A stretch of 64,000 bases of DNA from Sporolactobacillus sp. (GTDB lineage: Bacteria > Bacillota > Bacilli > Bacillales > Sporolactobacillaceae). Numbering within the stretch: position 1 is the first letter of the stretch; each line of letters opens with the position of its first letter. The notes under the pieces are model-generated. The model had not been told where the DNA came from. It was given only the letters and a program-made list of their open reading frames with translations, and made no database searches. Location: positions 20,535 to 84,534 of the forward strand of contig JBDNZQ010000011.1 in NCBI GenBank assembly GCA_047722915.1, given 5' to 3'. The position numbers were made by a program, and so were the translations under genes. Shown piece after piece: positions 27,478-36,701 of this stretch.

Positions 27478-27579
27478 TCAGTTCATACCTGCCAAGGCAG
27501 CAATGAGTCCGCCGACTGTGGAGAGGACCATTGCGATAATCATTAAGTAAATGACAACTTTAAACACTTTTTTTGACAT
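27478..27579 (-). CDS. 33-aa membrane miniprotein, Prli42/DUF4044-like
   Basis: MSKKVFKVVIYLMIIAMVLSTVGGLIAALAGMN with RBS GGGAGG 6 nt upstream. Its basic N-terminus plus single TM resembles Listeria Prli42 as I recall that sequence. Confidence 0.45.
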   Translation of the reverse strand: MSKKVFKVVIYLMIIAMVLSTVGGLIAALAGMN

Positions 27580-27722
27580 GAGCAGCCTCCCAGCTCTTTC
27601 GCTCTCTTGAGCGCAAAACATCCTTTTTTTATTATAGACAAGCGGGAGCTCTTTTCCAATATGAAAGATGGGCGGATAATATGATAGAATAAACACAAGG
27701 AAGAGAAGCAGAGGGTAAGCCC

Positions 27723-28859
27723 ATGCAAGGTATTGTTAATGAAAAAAGACTTGTCGGCGAGTTGATCGAGCTGTTGAAAGTGGACTCACCGACGGGGCAT
27801 GAACAGGTGCTGGCAAGTCTGCTTGAACGCAAGTTGGCCGCACTTGACGTGCGCGTTCAGCGCTGTCCATCCGGTATGGGAAGCGATAACCTCGTCTGCC
27901 AGCTGCCCGGCACAACCGCTGGCAAGACGCTTTTATTTAGCGCGCATATGGATACAGTGGCTGCCGCGGTGCATGTTCAGCCGCGCTTCTCGTGCGGGCG
28001 CTTTTCGTCGGCGGGCACGATGTCAGCACGTGGCAGTGATGATAAAACCGGTATTGCCGCTTTGCTGGAAGCGCTTCGTGTCGTTCGCGAATGCGGCCTT
28101 CCCCATGCCGGCTTGCGCATTGTACTGACAGCCGGCGAAGAGTCGGGCTTGATTGGCGCAAAAGCGCTGGACCGGGAGCTTATTCTTGCTGATTACGGAT
28201 TTGTGCTCGATGGTGAGGGGAAAGTCGGAGGCATCATTGCTGAGACGCCTTATCGCCGGCGTTTGATCGTTGACGTGTGCGTATCTGAACGTTTCCGCCA
28301 GAAACGGGCACAGAAAGCATCGGCAATGGCTGTGGCCACGGCGGCTGTTGCCCATATGCCGCTTGGCCATATCACTGCGACCACCGCAGCGGAAATTGTT
28401 CGTTTCGAACGAGTGAGTGCAGATGGTGTCGATCACGTCAAAATTACTGTTGAAATTTGTACAGCCGATACGTTTGGGCTTCATCAGCAATCCGAACGAA
28501 TCATAGCAGCTTTTCAGCAGGCAGCCTCTCAGGCCGGCGGCATTGCACGTGTTGACGTAGTCGAGCATTATGCAGGTTACCATTTTTCTGCGAATGCACC
28601 CGTCGTGCGCCGTGCATGTGCAGCCGTCAAAGCCATTCAATGTCAGCCCGAGCTGCTTACCAGTCAATGGGGGAGCGACGCCAATATATTCTCTGCTTTG
28701 GGTGTGCCGACGGTGGCCCTCTCAGTTGGCTTTGAGCGGATTCATACGCCCGAAGAGTATCTGCCAATGGGTGAACTTGTGAGGACGGTCAAGCTTGTTC
28801 TGGCCTTAATTGCCGGTGCCTGTGCTTTAAAGGATTCATGGCAGACACGATACAGCTGA
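27723..28859 (+). CDS. M20-family metallopeptidase/deacylase (YqjE-like)
   Basis: 378 aa with metal ligand motifs SAHMDTV, GSDDKTGIAA and TAGEESGLIGAK. It is syntenic with B. subtilis yqjE, next to polY1. Confidence 0.75.
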   Translation: MQGIVNEKRLVGELIELLKVDSPTGHEQVLASLLERKLAALDVRVQRCPSGMGSDNLVCQLPGTTAGKTLLFSAHMDTVAAAVHVQPRFSCGRFSSAGTMSARGSDDKTGIAALLEALRVVRECGLPHAGLRIVLTAGEESGLIGAKALDRELILADYGFVLDGEGKVGGIIAETPYRRRLIVDVCVSERFRQKRAQKASAMAVATAAVAHMPLGHITATTAAEIVRFERVSADGVDHVKITVEICTADTFGLHQQSERIIAAFQQAASQAGGIARVDVVEHYAGYHFSANAPVVRRACAAVKAIQCQPELLTSQWGSDANIFSALGVPTVALSVGFERIHTPEEYLPMGELVRTVKLVLALIAGACALKDSWQTRYS

Positions 28860-28971
28860 TAACCGGTTGCCGCTTAACAAGCTGTTGTTTTGGAACGCAG
28901 GCCCGCCGCATCTTGCACCGGTCTTTCGGCGGTAAGTTGTACCGACTAAGGGATGCCCGTCGTAAAACCAT

Positions 28972-30243
28972 TTGTTCCATTTTGGGCAGCGGAAGGGGAG
29001 AGAAGCATTGCAGCGCGGCCAAGGGAGAATTATTTTTCATCTGGATATGAACTCTTTCTTCGCTTCTGTCGAGCAGGCTCATCATCCTGAATTGCGCGGC
29101 AAACCGCTGGCCATTGCCGGGCGTCAGGAAGAGCGACACGGCATTGTTGTTACAAGCAGTTACGAAGCCAGACAGTGGGGTGTGCGCACGCCAATGCTCG
29201 TCAGCGAAGCCGTGCGGCTTTGCCCGCAGTTGATCATTCGCCAGCCCGATTTTGAATTATACCGGGCAACTTCTGCGATGCTTTTTAAAATGCTGCGGCG
29301 TTATACCGAGCGAATCGAGAAGGCGTCGATTGACGAAGGCTATCTTGATATGACGGGTTATGCCGGCACGGAACCGATTATCTCACTTGCCATGCATATC
29401 CAGCGGCGAATTCTCCGGGAGATGAAGCTACCGTCAAGCCTTGGCATTTCTCCAAACAAGTTTTTGGCAAAAATGGCATCGAATATGAAAAAGCCGCTTG
29501 GATTGACTGTTTTGCGGCTCAGAGATATTCAAGAAAAACTTTGGCCGCTGCCGATCGGTACGATGCACGGTATCGGTGCAAAAACTGAAAAAAAATTGAA
29601 ACGGCTTGGCATTCAGACCATTGGAGACCTGGCAGGCAGTGATCGCCTGCGGATGGCTGAACGGTTTGGCCAGTACGGCGTGAAGATGTGGGAACGAGCC
29701 AATGGTCGTGACGATCGACCGGTTGATCCGGAGGCATGGGAACGCTACAAGACGATCGGCCATTCCGTGACTTTGGCGAAGGATACCGTGTCGCCCGATA
29801 GGATCGCCGAAACTTTTGAATCTCTCGCTCAAAAGCTGGAAAGTCAAGTGAAACGTGAACACGTTGTGGCTTATGAGTTAATGATTACGATTCGTTATGC
29901 GACTTGGCAAACGGCCACCCGACATTTTTCGCTGAAACAGCCACTCTATGAAGCCAAGGCCATCAGCGAGCAAGCCCGGCTGCTCTTTCTTTCAATGTGG
30001 GCGGGTCAGGCTGTACGACTGCTCGGTATTACGCTTGGTGATTTTCAGCCGTTTGCCTCAGCGACAAAGCAACTTGATCTTTTTTCTTATACAGAGGATA
30101 TTCGCGCAGAAGCACGGACTGCGCTCATTGAGGATATTCGCGCACGTTTCGGTGCGGAAGCGCTCAAGCCTGCGGCGGCGCTTATCGCCGGTAAGCCGAC
30201 AAATCATGAGTTACGCAAGCGTACGGACAGCGGTCCGCTATGA
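28972..30243 (+). CDS. dinB: DNA polymerase IV (Y-family, PolY1/DinB)
   Basis: Motifs IFHLDMNSFFASVE, SIDEGYLD and a helix-hairpin-helix. A TTG at 29008 after RBS GGAGAG is the likelier start. There is no LexA box upstream. Confidence 0.85.
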   Translation: MFHFGQRKGREALQRGQGRIIFHLDMNSFFASVEQAHHPELRGKPLAIAGRQEERHGIVVTSSYEARQWGVRTPMLVSEAVRLCPQLIIRQPDFELYRATSAMLFKMLRRYTERIEKASIDEGYLDMTGYAGTEPIISLAMHIQRRILREMKLPSSLGISPNKFLAKMASNMKKPLGLTVLRLRDIQEKLWPLPIGTMHGIGAKTEKKLKRLGIQTIGDLAGSDRLRMAERFGQYGVKMWERANGRDDRPVDPEAWERYKTIGHSVTLAKDTVSPDRIAETFESLAQKLESQVKREHVVAYELMITIRYATWQTATRHFSLKQPLYEAKAISEQARLLFLSMWAGQAVRLLGITLGDFQPFASATKQLDLFSYTEDIRAEARTALIEDIRARFGAEALKPAAALIAGKPTNHELRKRTDSGPL

Positions 30244-30264
30244 GAAAGACTTGGCGGCAAGTCG
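30243..30264 (-). repeat. Fragment resembling the terminal hairpin of M1
   Basis: AGAAAGACTTGGCggCAAGTC compared with AGAAAGACTTGGCtctGCCAAGTC in copy 3. Confidence 0.3.
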
Positions 30265-30397
30265 CTGACCAAGCAGGCACAAAAGGAAAGACGCAGCTCG
30301 GGTGCTCGCCGTCAGCGATGGCGGGGCCTGCTCAAGTAATAGACAACAGGTGTTTAGCCCAAAGCGGAGCTGTGGAATGGAAAAGAGGTAGGGATGG

Positions 30398-31351
30398 GTG
30401 GACTTTACTTTTCTGGGAACAGGTGCCGGCATGCCGGCAAAGGAACGGAATGTCAGCGCACTGGCTGTTTCTTTTCCGGAATATGACGGTGATCTTTGGC
30501 TGTTTGATTGCGGTGAGGGAACGCAGCGGCAAATTCTGTATACACCGGTGCGTTTGCCAAAATTATCGGCTATTTTTATCACGCATCTGCACGGCGATCA
30601 TATCTATGGCTTGCCCGGTATACTCGGCAGCCGGTCCTTTCAGACAGACGAACGATCTTTGACTGTAATCGGTCCGGTGGGAATCAGAAAGTTCATTGAG
30701 ACCGCTTTAAACGTTTCAAAAACGCATTTGCGCTATCCGCTGATGTTCAAAGAGATGAATGAAAAAGGGACGGTCTTTGAAAACGCACACTTTTCAGTAA
30801 CGGCCGCGCCTCTCGACCATGGCGTGCCGAGCTTTGGCTTTCGCATCGTTGAACGCGACCAACCCGGAGAATTGCGCGTTGATAAGTTGTGCGGCATGGG
30901 TATCACGCCCGGACCGATTTACCGCCAATTTAAAGAACGTGAATTTGTCACCCTTGCTGACGGGAGGGTGCTTTGCGCTGCCGACTTTCTTGGCCCGGTA
31001 AAAAAAGGACGCGTTACAGTGATTCTTGGCGATACGCGGCCGTGTGCGGAAGCCGCAGATTTGGCACAGGGGGCGGATGTAATCGTGCACGAGGCGACCT
31101 TCCGGCAAAAAGATGCTGCGCTTGCACACGATTACCATCATTCGACGTCTGTTCAGGCTGCAAAGCTGGCCAAATCGGCTGCCGCGTCAATGCTTATTCT
31201 TAATCACATCAGTTCGCGCTATCAGAAAGCCGATCAGCAAGGGCTGCTCAGCGAAGCTCGATCGGTTTTTCAGCAGACGATGCTGGCGACTGATCTTTGG
31301 ACGTGGGTACTTGGACACGGTTCATCGCACCAGAGGCATTCATCTGTATAA
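30398..31351 (+). CDS. rnz: Ribonuclease Z
   Basis: 317 aa. It begins FLGTGAGMP and has the metallo-beta-lactamase motif THLHGDHIYGLPG. GTG start. Confidence 0.9.
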   Translation: MDFTFLGTGAGMPAKERNVSALAVSFPEYDGDLWLFDCGEGTQRQILYTPVRLPKLSAIFITHLHGDHIYGLPGILGSRSFQTDERSLTVIGPVGIRKFIETALNVSKTHLRYPLMFKEMNEKGTVFENAHFSVTAAPLDHGVPSFGFRIVERDQPGELRVDKLCGMGITPGPIYRQFKEREFVTLADGRVLCAADFLGPVKKGRVTVILGDTRPCAEAADLAQGADVIVHEATFRQKDAALAHDYHHSTSVQAAKLAKSAAASMLILNHISSRYQKADQQGLLSEARSVFQQTMLATDLWTWVLGHGSSHQRHSSV

Positions 31352-31581
31352 TATTCGCTTTTATCCGGCTTTGGTAAGGATTGTTCGTCGTGCAAAAATG
31401 AATATCAATTCATTTTTGAAGGCTACCCACTCAAAACAGCAGAAGGATTGTCTGTTTATGCCGTGAATGGGAAAAAATGCATCAGTTGAATTTTAATTTT
31501 TTAACATTCTGGAAACTGTCAAGGATCCGTCCCTGAATCACTGATAATACCGTATGACTTGACCGGCAACTTGTAAAATTG

Positions 31582-31679
31582 TTAGAAAAACTTGGCGAGG
31601 CCAAATCCTTTAGACGATGGATGAGCCTTAGTTTTTCTTATACTTCGTTTCGCTGAAATCTTTATATTTTCTTAACGTA
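31582..31679 (-). repeat. M1 dispersed repeat, copy 6 (reverse)
   Basis: The - strand reads ACGTTAAGAAAATATAAAGATTTCAGCGAAACGAAGTATAAGAAAAACTAAGGCTCATCC...GATTTGGCctcGCCAAGTTTTTCTAAC. Confidence 0.85.
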
Positions 31680-31683
31680 CAAG

Positions 31684-31712
31684 AAAAAGCCTCCTTTGCG
31701 GGAGGCTTTTTT
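31684..31712. terminator. Bidirectional terminator after amt
   Basis: Stem GCCTCC/GGAGGC with loop TTTGCG, flanked by AAAAA and TTTTTT. Confidence 0.75.
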
Positions 31713-31733
31713 AAATAATCAACTATACAACTA

Positions 31734-33002
31734 TTATTTTGCTTCGGTTTCACCATAGCCATAAGCGCCGTGTTCGCTGATATCGAGACCGGCAATTTCG
31801 GCTTCTTTGGAAACCCGCAGACCAATTGTCACTTTCAGTACATACAGAATAATGAAGGAAACAACGGCTACGAACACGAAGGCTGACAAAACACCGAGAG
31901 CCTGAACACCAAGCTGATGGAAGCCGCCGCCATAGAACAAACCCGGTTTGCCGACGCCAACGATGCTGACAAGCTTCGGTGCGGCAAGAAAGCCGGTGGA
32001 CAACGTACCAATGACGCCGGAGATGCCGTGAACAGAAAATGCATAGATCGGATCATCAAGGCCTTTTGATTCAAACAAGATTGAGGTCCAGTATGTGAAT
32101 CCGCCTGCAAAGGCACCGATGACAATAGCAGCCCAAGGTTCAACAAATGCGCACGATGCAGTAATCGCAACGAGTGCAGCAAGAACGCCGTTGCACATTG
32201 CGCCAATGTCTGCCTTTTTTGAAAGAATCATCGCTGTGAACAGCGCGCCAAGAGCACCGCCCGCGGCTGCTAAGTTAGTCGTTAAAGCAACATAGCCAAA
32301 GAACTGACCATAACCTGCTTTGACAACGCCGGCAGAAGCAGTGGAACCGGCGTTAAATCCGAACCAGCCAAGCCAAAGGATGAATGTACCGAGGAATACA
32401 AAAGGAATATTATGTGCTGGAATTGTTTGAGCTTTGCCATCCTTAAACTTGCCAATACGCGGTCCAAGCAGCAGCGTTGCAACGAGTGCTGCCGTTGCGC
32501 CTTGCAGATGGACGACAGTTGATCCGGCAAAATCCTGCATGCCCAGTTTCGCCAGCCAGCCGCCGGCGTTCCAAATCCAGTGGCCGACAATCGGATAAAC
32601 GATGATAACAAAAAGTGTACCGAAAATGAAATAGATAGATAGCTTTGCACGTTCCGCAAAGCCGCCCCATGCAATCGCCAAAGAAACAGCAGCGAATGCA
32701 AGTTGGAAGATAAAGAATGTCGCATCGTGACCGTTTGGAATACCACTCAGAAAAAATGAAGAAGTACCAATAAAAGCGTTGCCGTCACCAAAAGCAATGC
32801 CGTAGCCGAAAGCCCAAAAAGCAATCGATGAAATGGCAAGGGTGATGATTTGCTTGCCGGTGATGTGCCCGGCATTCTTGCTCTGCAAAGAGCCTGCTTC
32901 CAAGAATGCAAAGCCAGCTTGCATGAATAAAACTAAGATGCCTGCTACCATGAGCCAAATCGTGTCAAGGCTCAATGTGACTGGTGTGCTCGCTAATGTC
33001 AT
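31734..33002 (-). CDS. amt: Ammonium transporter (Amt family)
   Basis: 422 aa with 11 TM segments and motifs DFAGSTVVH and VHGISGVIGTL. No PII gene follows it. Confidence 0.9.
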   Translation of the reverse strand: MTLASTPVTLSLDTIWLMVAGILVLFMQAGFAFLEAGSLQSKNAGHITGKQIITLAISSIAFWAFGYGIAFGDGNAFIGTSSFFLSGIPNGHDATFFIFQLAFAAVSLAIAWGGFAERAKLSIYFIFGTLFVIIVYPIVGHWIWNAGGWLAKLGMQDFAGSTVVHLQGATAALVATLLLGPRIGKFKDGKAQTIPAHNIPFVFLGTFILWLGWFGFNAGSTASAGVVKAGYGQFFGYVALTTNLAAAGGALGALFTAMILSKKADIGAMCNGVLAALVAITASCAFVEPWAAIVIGAFAGGFTYWTSILFESKGLDDPIYAFSVHGISGVIGTLSTGFLAAPKLVSIVGVGKPGLFYGGGFHQLGVQALGVLSAFVFVAVVSFIILYVLKVTIGLRVSKEAEIAGLDISEHGAYGYGETEAK

Positions 33003-33049
33003 TCAATGAATTCTCCCCTCATCTATGATGCTCATAGTATAACATACGG

Positions 33050-33066
33050 TGTTACGAGATGTAACA
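33050..33066 (-). promoter_or_regulatory. TnrA/GlnR box
   Basis: TGTTACGAGATGTAACA is a perfect match to TGTNA-N7-TNACA. It overlaps the -35 position relative to a TATACT element and lies 48 nt upstream of the amt ATG. Confidence 0.65.
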
Positions 33067-33700
33067 GAAAAATAGTAAAAATATTCATTTATTTATGGAA
33101 GCCTTTGCATCCTTAACATTTTTTCCATAAAATTTAGAGCAAAAAATGTTAATACAGATGATACTTAATCGTAAAACGGAATATTTTAATTGGATTAAGC
33201 AGATAATATTCGCTGTTTTTCTAAATTGGATTACTTTTTTATTAATGTATAAATTTACTATATTTAATAAAATATGTTAAATAAATACTCATTTTAAATA
33301 ATTGTATCAACATAAATTTTATTTATAACAGCATATGTTGCAAACGTTAACATTTAAAGCTGATTAGTCAAATGACTGTCCCTATTTCATTTCTCCTGAG
33401 GTATCTTGAGATGTATTGTGGCGTGACGTGGGGACGACGTGTTTTTCTATAGGCGAGCAGAGAGCAGACGGTTGGCAAAAAAAATGGATTAACTCGGCTT
33501 CGATAGGTTAAAATAGAAAGTGAAATAGTTTGAATGTCTCGCTGCCGTAAACAGGTTTAATGATTGTTGCTTAGGACTGCCGCTTTTTAAGCTGCCAAAC
33601 AAGACCGGTGACCGGCGCGTGGACTTGTAAAGTAGCGTCGTATGCAAAATGATGTCCGCCGCAAACGCCAACACTCGCTTAATATGAAAAGCTAAAAATC

Positions 33701-33736
33701 AACCGTGTATACAGTCTTGCGCACACGGTTTTCGTT
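33701..33736 (+). terminator. Terminator-like hairpin immediately upstream of the AI-2E permease RBS (possible attenuator)
   Basis: Stem AACCGTGT/ACACGGTT with a 14-nt loop, followed by TTCGTT. It ends 14 nt before the ATG at 33751. Confidence 0.4.
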
Positions 33737-33750
33737 AGGACAGGAGAAAA

Positions 33751-34830
33751 ATGCCACAATCCAAATATTTTAAATTTGCCGTCTGGCTGCTTGTTATTTT
33801 ATTGATCTTGCTCGTCGCGTCACAGCTGACTTTCATTCTTGAACCGATCGGCGTTATCCTGACGTCGCTTGCTGCACCGCTTATTATTTCCATTCTTTTC
33901 TACTACTTGTTGCGGCCGCCTGTGCTTTTACTTTGCCGTTTCAATGTGCCTAAAGCACTGGCGATTCTCATTATCTATCTCATTGTTATCGGCTTGATTG
34001 TTGCGATTTTTGTAGGGATCGTTCCGCGCCTCTATAGCGAGTTTTTGTCGCTGATTAACAATATGCCGCACTTTGTCAAACAGTTCAGTCACCAGATGTA
34101 TGAAATTGAAAAGAGTCCCTTCTTGAAAAAGATGGGGCTGAATAACGTGACGTTAACGAACGTGGCTAATCGCTTTTCAAAAAATATGAGCCAGATGACG
34201 ACTTCAATCGTAAACAATACGCTTTCAATCATCCAGTCAGTGACCGGAACGATGCTGCTTGTCGTAACGATTCCTTTTATATTGTTCTATCTGCTAAAAG
34301 ACGGTGAAGGCATGGCTCGCACACTCGTTCGCTTTATTCCCGAAGAACATCGTGAAAGGGGAAGAGATATATTAAAAGATATGGATGGGGCGCTGAGCGG
34401 GTATATTCAGGGACAGATGATCGTTCTTCTTTTTGACTTTGTGTGCATTCTCATCTGGTATTCGGCTATTCACTTGCATTACTCACTGATTCTTGCCCTT
34501 GTCATTCTTGTTACGAATGTCATTCCGTTTATCGGTTCGTTTATTGCGACCGTACCGGCGGTGATTGTAGCGTTTATTCAAGATCCGGTGCTTGCGATCT
34601 ACGTTATCATCGGTGTGATTGTCGTGCAACAAATTGAAGGCAATGTCGTCTCTCCGTTCGTTATGGGCCGCAAACTTGACGTTCACCCGCTGACCATCAT
34701 TTGTATCCTGCTTGTCGCCGGTAATCTGGCCGGCATCATCGGCATGCTGCTTGCCATTCCGTTTTATGCGGTCTGCAAAGTGGTCGTCACACGTGTCTAC
34801 CAGTTGATTCAGCTGCGGCGCCATAATTAA
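33751..34830 (+). CDS. AI-2E family transporter (PerM/YtvI-like permease)
   Basis: 359 aa with 8 TM segments and the C-terminal motif IIGVIVVQQIEGNVVSPFVMG typical of UPF0118/AI-2E. Confidence 0.8.
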   Translation: MPQSKYFKFAVWLLVILLILLVASQLTFILEPIGVILTSLAAPLIISILFYYLLRPPVLLLCRFNVPKALAILIIYLIVIGLIVAIFVGIVPRLYSEFLSLINNMPHFVKQFSHQMYEIEKSPFLKKMGLNNVTLTNVANRFSKNMSQMTTSIVNNTLSIIQSVTGTMLLVVTIPFILFYLLKDGEGMARTLVRFIPEEHRERGRDILKDMDGALSGYIQGQMIVLLFDFVCILIWYSAIHLHYSLILALVILVTNVIPFIGSFIATVPAVIVAFIQDPVLAIYVIIGVIVVQQIEGNVVSPFVMGRKLDVHPLTIICILLVAGNLAGIIGMLLAIPFYAVCKVVVTRVYQLIQLRRHN

Positions 34831-35081
34831 GCGAAGCACGCGCGCGGATGCATCCTGCTGCATAAATGATGCTTTTTCCGCCTATGCGGAGACTGCCGGG
34901 CAGTTTAATCAAATTTGGTGAAACATCAGAAGAAGCGACGACCGAGTGGCGATCTGCGATGACAACCGGTGATTGACAGGCTTTCTTGAGCACAGCGGCA
35001 GATCGAATTAGAAGAAGTTGGCGGCGCTTTTTTTATAAACGGCTTAGAAAACGTCAACCGCGCTAAAGAGGCACAGCAAAT

Positions 35082-35124
35082 AAACGGCACGACGCTGAAG
35101 GTTGACTTGAGCGTCGTGCCGTTT
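35082..35124. terminator. Long hairpin between the convergent permease and deoD genes
   Basis: 15-bp perfect stem AAACGGCACGACGCT/AGCGTCGTGCCGTTT with a 13-nt loop. Confidence 0.55.
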
Positions 35125-35242
35125 AGATTCTAAGACACTTAAAAATCTAACATGCTGGAGAAGCGTGCGGCAGATTTGTTATATGTATGTTTGACGACTT
35201 GAGCAGGATCTTGTCATGTCGGCATCAGCCGTGCTTTGCCGC

Positions 35243-35947
35243 TTAAGCGGTGGCTGCAGCGAGCGCGATATGCACCATGTCATCAAGCGTGTGCTCGCGT
35301 TCGGCGGCACTTGTTGCTTCACCGCTGAACACATGATCGCTGACGGTTAATACCGTCAGCGCGCGCACACCATATTTGGCCGCCAGAGTATATAGAGCGG
35401 CCGTCTCCATTTCAACCGCGAGTACGCCGCAATTCGCCAGATACTTGAGCGGTTCCATGCTGTCGCGATAAAAGACGTCAGTGGACAGGATATTGCCAGC
35501 GTGCACCGTCACCCCGCGTGTTTGCGCGGCTTGGTAGGCAGCGCAAAGCAGCCGGAAGTCGGCAGTCGGTGCGTAGTCAAACCCTTGGAAAGACAGACGG
35601 TTCATAGCCGAATCAGTCGTTGCTGACAGTGCGAGTACGACGTCACGAACGTGCAGCTTGGCCTGTAAACCACCGCAAGTACCGACGCGGATAAGGCATT
35701 TTGCACCGTATTCGCGAATCAACTCATTGACGTAAATGGCTAGGGAAGGCATCCCCATTCCCGAACCCTGAACAGAGATACGCTTTCCCCGATAATATCC
35801 TGTATAACCAAGCATGCCGCGAATGTGATTATAGGCCTCGGCTTTCTCAAGATACGTGTCAGCGATGTATTTGGCGCGGAGCGGATCGCCGGGCAGCAGA
35901 ACTGTTTCGGCGACTTGTCCTATCCTTGCTTCAATATGCGTGCTCAT
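35243..35947 (-). CDS. deoD: Purine nucleoside phosphorylase, DeoD type
   Basis: 234 aa containing [19 protein letters not shown] and EMETAALY. Confidence 0.9.
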   Translation of the reverse strand: MSTHIEARIGQVAETVLLPGDPLRAKYIADTYLEKAEAYNHIRGMLGYTGYYRGKRISVQGSGMGMPSLAIYVNELIREYGAKCLIRVGTCGGLQAKLHVRDVVLALSATTDSAMNRLSFQGFDYAPTADFRLLCAAYQAAQTRGVTVHAGNILSTDVFYRDSMEPLKYLANCGVLAVEMETAALYTLAAKYGVRALTVLTVSDHVFSGEATSAAEREHTLDDMVHIALAAATA

Positions 35948-35963
35948 ATGTCAGTCATTCCTT

Positions 35964-36389
35964 TCATTCACTATCATTTAGTGTTGGTTGCGATTCAGCA
36001 TACTGTTCGTATAATTCAAGCGGAAGGCCGTCAGGGTCACGAAAAAATGCAAAGCGGCGACCGGTATAAGGATCTTTCCGGACCGCGTCAACGCGTATAC
36101 CATCATGTTTCAGCGCAAGAATGGCATCATCGATGTTCACAACGCCGAACGCGAGGTGACGCAGACCGCACGCTTCTGGGTACGATGGGCGACGGGGAGG
36201 ATCAACGAATGAAAAAATTTCGATTTGGCCGCCTGTCCTGCTGATTTGGAGATCAAGCTTATAGGAGCGGCGTTCTTTCCGGTAGTGTTCAGCGATCACC
36301 TGTAAACCGAGACAATGCACATAAAAGTGTTTGGAGCGCTCATAATCGGAGCAGATAATGGCTGCGTGATGGATGGCTTGAACGTGCAT
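35964..36389 (-). CDS. VOC (glyoxalase/bleomycin resistance) family protein
   Basis: 141 aa with the motifs IHHAAIICSDYERSKHFY and GLRHLAF of the VOC fold. Confidence 0.75.
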   Translation of the reverse strand: MHVQAIHHAAIICSDYERSKHFYVHCLGLQVIAEHYRKERRSYKLDLQISRTGGQIEIFSFVDPPRRPSYPEACGLRHLAFGVVNIDDAILALKHDGIRVDAVRKDPYTGRRFAFFRDPDGLPLELYEQYAESQPTLNDSE

Positions 36390-36598
36390 TGGACGACCTC
36401 GTTTTTTGCATTATAGGTTAACATCAATTGTCTCAAGTATAGCAAAGCTAAAGAGCTGAATCGACCCGTTAAAAAAAGAAAATATGATTATTTGGAAGAT
36501 GTGGATATTTTTTTGCGCGCATGCCTGCGAACATTTTATACTTAAAAGACATGAAAAAGGAAGCATTCCGGTTTCCTTGACACTCTTTTTTGAATGCA

Positions 36599-36640
36599 GC
36601 ATATTTAACGTATGAGCCATGGCTCATACGTTAAATATGC
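36599..36640. promoter_or_regulatory. 42-bp perfect palindrome overlapping the czcD promoter (candidate operator)
   Basis: GCATATTTAACGTATGAGCCATGGCTCATACGTTAAATATGC equals its own reverse complement. TTGACA at 36577..36582 places the -10 at the left edge of the palindrome. Confidence 0.6.
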
Positions 36641-36701
36641 ATCAATGTGTGATTTCCAGAGCCGCATAATGCATGAAAAACAATAGCGGGGTGAATAGGC
36701 C

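Noticed and set aside
28860-29010. LexA box upstream of dinB/polY1
   Set aside because: There is no GAAC-N4-GTTC-like sequence in the upstream 150 nt. This is consistent with B. subtilis polY1 not being SOS-regulated.
34787-34993. 68-aa - strand ORF overlapping the 3' end of the AI-2E permease gene
   Set aside because: There is no RBS or recognisable family, and it overlaps a well-supported gene. It could be a relic, but there is no evidence for that.
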